Below the pieces are notes generated by a model that was given only the letters and a program-made list of their open reading frames with translations, was not told where the DNA came from and did no database searches. Shown piece by piece: positions 20,908 through 32,100 of a stretch of 64,000 nucleotides of DNA; position 1 is the first letter of the stretch; every line of letters starts with the position of its first letter. Origin of the DNA: Balanoglossus misakiensis (taxonomy: Eukaryota > Animalia > Hemichordata); the NCBI GenBank assembly GCA_040954595.2, contig CM082593.2, forward strand, positions 11,421,477-11,485,476, in the 5' to 3' direction. Both the position numbers and the translations under genes were made by a program.

Positions 20908-23900
20908 ATTATTCTTCTTCTTCTTCTTCTTCTTCCGAGAAATTCGGCCAGGTAGATCTGGAAAACCGCTGCACCTAGGGGGCTGAAACTTGGTAGGGTG
21001 ATAGGGGCCAATGAGTAGACGTGCAGTGGCTCGTGAATATTTAATTAGTCACGTGACCTGGCGGCCATATTGGATTTCCTGAAAATCGTTAAACGAGTCC
21101 TTCTCAAAAACTGCTGGGCCGATCGAGTTCAAATTTGGTGTGCAGGTAGCCTACCTTCTGTCCATCATTTTACCCCATTGAAATCATGATGTCACACATA
21201 CAGTTTTTTTGCTACAATTGTTTTTCTGAAAAACTACTTAAAACTTTAAAAATCTTCTTCTCCAGAACCAGCCATTGCCGAGTTACGGGATTCGGGGTAT
21301 GTGGTCACCTAACCTATGTCTATCAAGTTTGCGAAGCGCACTGTGATTGGTCGATCATTATGGCGGCCATGTTGGATTATCGGAAAACCATTGAAAAATG
21401 AAAATTCCGTTTTGTAGCCAAAATGTTGACAGCACGGAAATTCTTTTTTTGGATATGAGTCATCATATGACCGGAAGTTGTCACAATTTTGGGGGCAATT
21501 TTCACATGACCTTTGACCCAGTTTTAAAACAACTAATTATATATGCATATTCCCCATACCTCCTCTTGTCAAAGCACCACAGTCATGAATTTTGTGGACA
21601 TATGTACCAATACTGCCAGGACATGTCAGAAATATTTTGGTAATTTTGGCAATGACCCTTGACCTATTTCTGAAACATCATTTTTCTGCATATCTAATTC
21701 CAGGCTAACCAATAGGGCTAGAGGTCTGGTTTTAGTTGGACATGGCCCACTCTTGGGTCAAAATTTTATGCCCAAATTTTGGGTGACCTTGGATGACCTT
21801 TGATCTACTTTCCCATATCTCAGCATCCACAGCAGTTAGAGTCCTGGCTTTTGAGGGGCCGATGGAGCACATATGGAGTCTTACACAAGACCTCATTAAT
21901 TATGCACATACCTAATTCTAGGCGAACCAATAGAGCTAGGGGTCTGGTTTTTGTTGGGCCTATTTCCGATACATCATTTTTCTGCATATCTAATTCCAAG
22001 CTAACCAATCGGGTTGGAGGTTTAGTTTTTGTTGGACATAGACCATTCTGGGGTAAAAATTTTAAGCCCAAATTTTGGCTGACCTCATGTGATGTTTGAC
22101 CTACTTTCCCATATCTCGGTATCCACAGCAGATACAGCCTTGGTATTCGCTGGTTACCTCAGGAGACTTTTGACCTTCTTTCCCATATCACAGCATCCAG
22201 AGCACATACAGCCTTGGCATTTGGGAGGGATTGAACACCTAATGGAGTCTTACACCTGACCTCATTAATTAGCACATATCTAATTAAAGGCTAAATAGTA
22301 GGTAGAGGTACGTTTTTTGCTGGACATGGACCAGTAAAATTTCGGGTGACCTTTGCTGACCTTTGACTTACTTTCACATATCTTGGCATCCACAGCAGAT
22401 ACAGCCTCGGCAATTGGAGGCATTGAACACCTAATGAAGTCTTACACTTTGACTCAAAAAATAAATCAGTTATTTTTTATTTTTCCTTTTCGTATTGTTT
22501 GGGTTGATTTGAATCAGGCTCCAGGCCCACAGAAAAATATATATAAATACATGACACCAATACACACAAAGCTTACAAGTACAATAATTACCGTAGTATA
22601 AAATATTCCTCCAGTGTCTACACAGTAGACACTCTATATATGTACAGGCATAGATATTCTTAATATAGAGATTCTCAGAGGTGCATAGGACTAGGTGGAT
22701 GCGCGAATGTGATGAATACAACAGGTTGGTAGGTCTACACAGATTGTAATGTTGCTGAAGTGGCATCCCCTGTATAATGGATTTGCTGAAGAGTGAACTG
22801 TTCCTAGTTTTGCTGAACTGGTCGTGTAGTAGTGAATAGATTGGAGTGACACAGAAAACAAGTAGAGTTCAGTCTTGTAGGCACTCCCAGTGAGTTGTGA
22901 AAGTCAACTGACAATTTCCACATAAAGGTAGCCAGAACTGATTGACCTGCTTGAACTGTGTATTAAAATTTCTATTGTTTACACTTAAGTTCATCAGACA
23001 CCATCATCAACTTCACCTAAGTAGTAAATACCAGGTGTGAACATATCAATATGCAAATGGGAAGAACCCAGTCATTCAAACTTCCATGAAATCTTATGAA
23101 ATCATTTTGCTGTTGTCAGTGCACTACAATGGTCCTTCTGGAAACTGTTCAACTTATCAAATCATCGCCTGACACTAGAAAAGTCAATCATGGTTTGGTG
23201 ATAACAGGTGACATCTTCTGGAAAACAATTCTTTATCTGATTGGAGTGTGGCTATCATTAACGTAGCCCATTGTTAGCTCTCTAACAAACAAGACCACTA
23301 AGATCTGTATACTTACTAGGGATAGTGTTACATGAATGTTAAAGCCATAATTATTGAACAGACCTGTCTCCCAAGACATTTGGTATTCTAAGTATATGTA
23401 TGGGTCAGTGCAGGTCACGTGAACATATAAATCACCTATTGACAATAATAGCATATGGAAATAAACATAAACCAATGACAATAATTTAAACATCAAGGTA
23501 TGAATACAGTTACATAAGTTCTTCCAATAAGTGCTGTGACTATTTTTAAAATAATTCAGATATTTATACTGTAGTACTAATAGGAACACATTTTATGAAA
23601 GTTGATGTCCTTGTCTACTACGTTTGGTATTTCTCTAACAAATCAAATATGACATAAAAAGTAAATAATTAATGACACGCCCGTGATGCAAAACTGATAG
23701 TGTCAGTGTTGGTGGGTTACTTTGGATCTGTCAATAACCAAGCTCATACTAAATGTTTGCGATTAAAGCGATAGTGAGATATTTCAGTGTACAGTGTTTG
23801 ATTTATTCACACTGGTTCAGTTATTGCTACTGCAGTTAAAGCATGTTGTTAGTACATATATAGCAATGATGATTCACAGAATACAAGTCTGAATACCAGA

Positions 23901-24262
23901 TATCAAGGATAATTTTGGGATTGCCATTCATAGGATGTTTTTCTTGGTGCGTGTACCCCTTAAAATTAAGTCTCAGATGGGCAATTTGTATTGTTTTCTG
24001 AAAGCAAACGTCATATGGGGACATTGGTTTTTGTTTTATTCTATAAAACACCATACGGTACTATACTTCAGACAGGTTATTAAAATCGCTTCACAAATGT
24101 CTGTATAATGATTTTAACTTCAGTGTATTAAGCCATTCATGACAGCCTCAGAGACACAAAAGTAGACAGTGGTAATATCTAGTCATTCTGTAGATAACAT
24201 AGTGAAAATAGATAAAAATATATTTCAAACATTTACAAAATGGAATTGAACATTGATAAACC

Positions 24263-25544
24263 TAGGCTACCCTGGTGCTAATGTTTTTCCAATTATAAAT
24301 CAATGTTTTACACATTTCCCCCAATGGTACTTTACATACAGTGTAATAAAACATCAATTAGAAATATTAAGTTGTGTAATCATACTTAAATTAACCTTCT
24401 TCCTAGAGAATTTTCAATGCACCATTTACCAACTTCCATTTCATTGTCAACAGAATGAAAATGCTTTGGTACATGATTGAAATCTTTCATTCAAGCTTTA
24501 CTATTTTTTTTTTGCAATTTTGGCAAATTTGTCATTATTAACTTGACACGTACAATGGTTTCTTTAAATAAACCTTACTGATGGGTATTTACATAAAACA
24601 TAGTGTGAACCTCTGATTCAGGCTGCATAATAAATATGACTAACTTGAATCATTAACAGATGCTACATCCATCTATTCTGCAGTCCCGCATTGTATGAGT
24701 ACACACTCATTCTAGTATGCACATGGATATTGGAATCTGCACATATTCCAAATGCTGTTGTCTGTATACATATAGGATCAGATGATGGGTGAAATATGCC
24801 AGCACAGTGTTCTCCAAAGAACAATTAAAGCATGGTGGCTACCACTGTTATTCTTAAATTTTGAGAAAGCAATATCACTAACATAATGATTACATTGTTA
24901 TGGATATTATCCACCTAACTTTCCCAAAATCCTGTGGAGAACACTGTGTAAGCAGTAATGCAAACAAGGCTATTGGGACTGTTATTACTCACACTTTTGA
25001 TATCATATATTGTCTGTTAATTACAGTAACAAAGTGTCAGGTTGGAATTATGACATACATTCATGTAGGACTAAAACTGTGAGTTTTGATGAAATCAGGT
25101 GAAATACATATCTCAATTGACAGTACTGGAATAAATAAAATCATCAAGAAATGACAGTCGGGTGCATTTAATGGATAACATCACAACAACATGGTAACAC
25201 CCATAACATTTTGGGTATAGTCAAATAAAAGTCATGTCACGCATCAGAAATCATAAACGGCCACCACTGACTTCTTTTTTTGTAGCACGTTATAAATTGG
25301 TGTGCTTTAATATACATAAATAAGCAGGTATGTGTGCACAATGACCTACAACATGATAATATCATGTCACTATAATGATGATCCATGTAAATGATTGCAT
25401 GTGAACATGTCATTTCAATGAAATCACTGCAGCCATGTCAAACAAATGGCTCTGAAATGATAGACAATCAAATACTAGTCTCCCATCACACAAAAACAGT
25501 AACAGCTTGATATCAAATGTGACAATTAGCACCAGGGTAACCTA
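24263..25544. mobile_element. Candidate non-autonomous TIR element inside the Helentron
   Basis: TAGGCTACCCTGGTGCTAAT (24263-24282) versus reverse complement of 25525-25544, TAGGTTACCCTGGTGCTAAT (19/20); outer TA could be the TSD. Confidence 0.5.
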
Positions 25545-25669
25545 AGAGTAACATGTTAATTTGTTTTTCAACCCCCCACCCCAACAATTCCCAAATGGGG
25601 ACCCGTAAGTCTCAAACCCCATTATCCCTCCCACCAGTTGTATGTAACACGGGTTTTAATTACTATATG

Positions 25670-26075
25670 CATAATGCCTTAATGATGTTAATGCTGATGG
25701 CTTAATGTAAACTGACAGAAGTACTTTGGCAGTATTTCAACTCCAATATTTTCTGTTCCTTTCACATACACATGGTCAATCAATGTATAAGCTTCTGTAG
25801 TTGGATTGCTCAAATGTTGCTTGAAACCAAGGTCTTGCATTACATTGACAAGAGATGATTTAAATATTTTCATTGATGTCACCCATGATCATTGAAGCAC
25901 CTGGATACATTTACATTTCCTTTCATCAACAGAAGTAAGTTTTTCCTGAACACCTCTGCTTTATATGATGGTGGTCTTAAATTACTGCTACCACCGTATT
26001 AATGATTTGCACAGAGGCTGGTGATTGAATTTCAATCCATTCACTGGTACCTCACTTGTATTAAATTTGCTTCTC
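25670..26075 (-). pseudogene. Degenerate duplicate of the Helentron endonuclease C-terminus
   Basis: QDLGFKQHLSNPTTEAYTLIDHVYVKGTENIGVEILPKYF versus EDHGFKQHVSKPTTEAGTLIDHVYVKGAGKVEVDIVPKYF in the main ORF; indels present. Confidence 0.85.
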
Positions 26076-26121
26076 AGATCACCATGTTTGGTTAAACATT
26101 GTAGATATTACAATGAGTCTT

Positions 26122-29100
26122 TCAATAGATCTTAATGCTGATGGCTTCATGAAAACTGAAGTACTTTGGCACAATGTCAACTTCCACCTTTCCTGCTCCT
26201 TTCACATACACATGGTCAATCAATGTACCAGCTTCTGTGGTTGGTTTGCTCACGTGTTGTTTGAAACCATGGTCTTCCATGAGTTTCACAAGAGACGATG
26301 AGGTTAAAATATTTTCATTGAAATCACCCATGATCACTGTAGCACCTGAATACTTTGACATTTCCTTCACCAACAGAAGAAGGTTTTTCCTGAATGCGAC
26401 TGCTTTATAGGATGATGGTCTGTAAATTACTGCTACCACCGTGTTGATGTCTTTGACATAAAATGTAAGATATTCCAAGTTACTAACAGGCAAATCCAAA
26501 ATTTCAACAGATTGACTTCCTTTGACGTAGAGGCCAACACCACCATGATGTTGCAACTGCAACTGTGAAGTATTCATATCAAAGTTGTTATACGATTTTG
26601 ACCGAGGCTTGTGACTGAATTCAAATCCATTCACTATCACATCACATTTTGTCTGGTTTTCAGTTAGCCATGTTTCCGTCAAACAAATAAAGTCTGACTC
26701 CAAGTATTCCTTGCCACTACGAATATCTTCCATGTGGTTCAGAAGACCTTCAACATTATGAAGTATAAAAGAGCATCTATAGTTTGGCTGTAATTGCTCA
26801 AAGCACCCATCAACAAACTTTGGCATCATTTCCAAGGCTGCTTGAACCTTTTCATTGCAATATATAGAAGATGTCTTAAATTCATCAATTATTAGCCCAT
26901 CTAATGATGTCACTCGACTCAATGCAACATATGCCTGTCCTGGTGCAAACATCTTCTTTAAACTGACAACAGCTTTTTCAACTGTTAATCCCTGTACCTT
27001 ATGCACTGTACATGCCCATGCTAGTTTCAGAGGAAATTGTCTCCTAATACCACCATTACTTGCAACAGACATTTCCTGAGGTTCTATACGGGTGGTGTTT
27101 TCAGGAAGGTCAGATATATTTACACGGTTCTTGTTTCGCAATCCTTGGCCAACTTTCACATTGTCAAATACAACATAAACAGCAGTTGGAAAGCTTTCAT
27201 TTGGTTTCACATCAATGTGACATACTGATCCAAATACACCATTCACCAATCCATCAGAGACATCAATATTTTGTGTCAGTTGCACTCGTGCACCCTTAGC
27301 TAGAGTGAGAGTCTTTGGTAAAGTGGTCCTATAGACCTTGGCATGATGGCCTTCCTTTCTTTGGAGTTTCCCAGTCTTAGTATTCTTACTAAAATCTTGT
27401 GCTTCAATACATACAGGATCAGAGCACAAGGAATGTAGCATTGTGATATTGCAATTGTTGACTTCTGCATTTGTAGCAAAGATGTGAATGGCCTCAGATG
27501 CTTCACCAGTCACACGGTTATTGAACATTTCTAGATCATTTGCACTCAGTGTGTGCCCTTTCTTGTGAATTCTTACTCTATTTAGTGCTTCTGCAAATGC
27601 ACAGTCCTTTTGTCTCATTATTTCAGTGAGTTCCACAATTTTGAAATTATTCCACATATTGATGGCATCATTTTCCACACACAGTGGACTTGCTTTCACA
27701 GGTGGCAGCTGATAAAAGTCACCCACAGCAATAACACACACATTTCCAAATGGTGAACCACTTGGTGTTTGTTTGATTTGACGTAATCGTCCATGTACGT
27801 AGTGAAATAATTTTCTGTCTACCATAGAAATCTCATCTATTATTAAAATCTGAAGATTTCCCAATTTGGAACGAAGAGTGTTGAGTTTTTCTTCACGTAG
27901 TGGCTCATATGGTAGTTTTGAGTCTACTGCTATTGAAAATGCATGATGGAGAGTTTCACCTCCTACATTAAATGCTGCAACTCCAGTTGAGGCTGTTACC
28001 TGTATTGATTTTTCATCTGGGTTAGCCATTACACGAGATAGAATTCGTTTGGCTTCATGATATATGGTTTTGATTAAATGGCTTTTCCCTGTGCCAGCAC
28101 CACCACTGACAAACAAATAAAGAGGTTCTGGGTTCTTGCCATTGCTTTTATCCAGACACCACTGTCTGACATTATAAAAGACTTCTGCCTGTTTCCTGTT
28201 CAGTGACCTACACATTGCTTGAACATCAGCCCTCCTTACTTCAGAGGTAGAAATTTCTATGTGGCAATCACCTTTTGGTTTGTGCACCAAATCTGGAATA
28301 TCCTCCTCATTTACATCATCATCAGGCAATTGTTGACGTTCATCAATGCATTCTAATCTGTCTATTTCACTTTCTGGACAGATTTGGGCCCATGCGTCCT
28401 CCAGAGGACCACTTCCTTCAAGGAGCTCTTCAGCTAAATCAACGGCATCAGCCTCTTTCTCAAACATTGCTTTATTTGCATCTACTATGACTTTCACTGT
28501 TTGTATAGAAGCAGATCCACACTTCACTGCACCCGCAGAATAGAAATTTTCATATGTTTCAAACCCATTTGGTTTCAATTGGGAATCAACCCAGTGTGGC
28601 AAGAAGAGTTCTAACATAGTGCGGTAATACTTTTCTGGAAATTTGGTCACAGAAAATCTTGCATATCTAATGACAGCTGGATCAGTTCGAGATCGTTTTT
28701 GCATGTAACCTGCACCATTTTCCAACTTGACTATTGGATTTGCACGTTTCTCAGTGGTGGTATTTGTCACTTCTGATTTTGACACTATTCGATATTCTGA
28801 ACAAAATGTCGCAAGACACATGTCGTCAAACTCGTCATCATTTGGTCTGTTCTTGTATCTGTCTACAATGCTATTGTACCAGATATCATCCTCATTCAAA
28901 TCATCTCCTGTCATTTTGCTACGTATTACACTCAATGGCAAACTCATTTTGATAGGGGTTTCTCCAGTTGGAATGAACTGGACTTTTCGAGATGATTGCT
29001 TCAGTTTCAATCCACACAGTCTATATACAGCCTCTTGAGCACTTACTTCTCTGTTGTGCAGATAAACACTGCCTAATTGTTTCAGTGCAGATTTAGCATC

Positions 29101-32100
29101 CACATTTCCCTCTTTGTTTGCTTCTCTCTGTGCATTTTCCAGCAGTAAACCCATTTCTCTCTCTGCCTTAGAGATATATGACACAATGTACACAACACAG
29201 GCATAAGCATCCACAACAAATTGAATGTCCATGTTTGCATCCCAGCAACGAAGAAGGTTAGAATTGTATTGGTTCACCCAAACATCATTTGGTTCACGCT
29301 TTAATACTACACTTGTCTTTCTTGCTAAAATTGCATGTGCTTTCTCAAACATCTCCTGAGAAATGCTGACTTCATTAAACAGTGCATCAACCGAATCAAT
29401 CTGTTTCTCTTTGTCATGCAGGCATGTCCACACTTTTTCCAAAATATTCCTAGCAGCCATCTGGCTCATCACATTCTCAATTAACTGAGTCGTGTCACTT
29501 TGACATTTCTCTTCAAGTGTTGCGTTATCGTCATCAAGGTTTGACTTCTCACCTTCACCTGTCATTTCTATATCTATATCAGGACGGCATATGAACGTTT
29601 TCTTTGATGGTGGTCGTGGAAAGTTGAATCTGCATCTAGTGCCCTTTTTCTTGCAAGATTTGGAGTGCCTTGAGCTGTGTTTCTGAACTTTATTCACAAT
29701 CTCTTGCAATTCCTCATCCTCCTCAACAGAAGGCATTTGACATGTTACATATCTGTCAACAAAATCAACTACATCTTCATCAGTATCTCTATCAACCTTT
29801 GGTGCATTTTCAACCCAAAATAGGCAGTGTGTATGTGGTGAGCCTCGTTGTTGAAACTCGACTCGATAAAAATAATCTTTGATATTTCCAATAGGATTGG
29901 CTGGTGACATGATGACTTCTCTCAGAAAACAATGAAATCTGTGATCAAACATTCTGGCTGCTGTTACAGGATTTCGTCTCAAGATAGCACATTTCTCAGA
30001 CCATTCAAGATCCTCAGCATTACGTACATCTCCTTCTCCACGAAGTATAGTCTCAATAACTTCTTTCCACCGTAAATCGGCAGCAGAAAATGAGCAAAAC
30101 CATGTTGGTATACCCAACTGTCTGATCATTGCAAACAGGTCTTTTTGTGTTGCTTGCCAATAAGGAGGAGTTCCTCTTATAGGTTTTAAAAACTTATAGC
30201 CTTCATCAGACTTCAAAATCTGTTTCAAAGATTCACTGTCACTTAAAACATCAGATGTCACTTTTTTGCCACAAGCATTAGCAGTTCCTTTCCTCAAAGC
30301 AATTGACACATTGGATACAACCTGGTTAATTTCTGACAGATATTGCGCATAAAAGATATAGTCTGTGCTTTTTGAAAATCTGTTACTTGCATTCATTACA
30401 CGACCTTGCAGGTATCGTCCTATTGTTATCCTAACCTCTCGGTCATCGTGAAATGTGGGTGACCCAGTTGGGAATAGCACAGGAAAGCACTTAGCTTCAT
30501 TCAACTTTTCCATCAACAGACAAACAGGTTTATTACCCTCTGCTGGAGCAACACAAGATATATCCTCAAAGTGATAATCAAGAATATCCTGACCTATGTC
30601 AATTGGTTGGAGGCATGTGTCCATCAATATTCCATTAGTATCTTTGTTGGACACATTGTTATCTTCTGTGTCTGATGACACATCATTACTTTCAGTATCT
30701 GAAACAATTCCTTTGGTCTTTTCATTGTTTACATCATTGCTTTTGGTGTTACACTTTTCTGATTCGCTTTCAGCATCTGAAATAACTTCTTCAGTCTTTT
30801 CAAGAGTATTTTTCCAATTCATATTGAATGTTATATCACTGTAATACTGATTATTTGTCTGTAGGTATTCCAAAGCATTCTGAATGTGTCGTTTGTTTAC
30901 AAACTGATATTCATAGTAACCTTTATAACTCAGTTTTCGCTTCAATTTCACCCTTATCATCTGATCATCAAACTCATTCCGTGGCAAAATATTTGTAGCC
31001 TTCTTTATATCAGAAGGGACACACACTACAGGTCCATGAACGCCATTCTGACCACCCTTAGGTAATGCCAACATTTTCATGAATGGAATATTTAATGCAA
31101 TTAAATGTTGCTCAAGTGAGTTGAGGCATTTCAATTCAGGAGGGACTGTTGTGACATGAAGGTTGTTTGCAACAGCTTGAACTGGCATCTCTCCACGTAA
31201 AAGTTTTCTATGGCATGTGAAACAAATCCACAATTTACTGGCTGCATTATTCTTGAGAGGGCAGTCAGCCATACATGTTGGGGCACATTTGTGAACATAT
31301 TCTTCTGATATACATTTCACAGCAATATCAGATGTAATTCTGTTACTGTAATATTTATCCTTGTTGCAAACAATTACTTGTTTCCTGAAAAGTCGACGAT
31401 GACAAACTGAACATACACAATTTGGACCTTCTGAGGCAGTATTTCTAAAATTAGCAATAACATGCTGAACATTTTGCTTGTCAATGTCATTCTGTATCAT
31501 CTGACACCTGCTTCTCTTCAATACATTATCTTTGTAATGAGGGTTATTCTCATATCGTTGAATACTCTGTGTCTTCTTTGATTCACGAAAGTTTACGTCT
31601 TGGTCATATTTTTGGGATAGTTGTTTGGACATTTGTGCTTTATGTGCTTCCCGAAAGTCAGGATTTTGTTCATATTTTACTCTTACGCGTGCCTTCTGTG
31701 CTTCCCGAAAATCAGGATTTTGTTCATAATTTACTCTTATGCGTGCCTTCTGTGCTTCCCGAAAATCAGGATTTTGTTCATAATTTACTCTTATGCGTGC
31801 CTTCTTTGCCTCCCGAACAGTAGGATTTTCTTCGTAATTTAATCTTACACGTGCTTTCTTTGCCTCCCGAAAATCAGGATTTTCTTGGTAATTAACTCTT
31901 ACGTGTGCTTTCTTTGCCTCCCGAAAATCAGGATTTTCTTGGTAATTAACTCTTACGTGTGCTTTCTTTGCCTCCCGAAAATCAGGATTATCTTGGTAAG
32001 TTACTCTAGCATGTGCCTTCTTTGCGTCCTGAAAATCAGGATTTTGTTCATATTTAACTCTGATTTGTGTCTTTTTTGCCTCCCGATAGTCCGCATTTTG

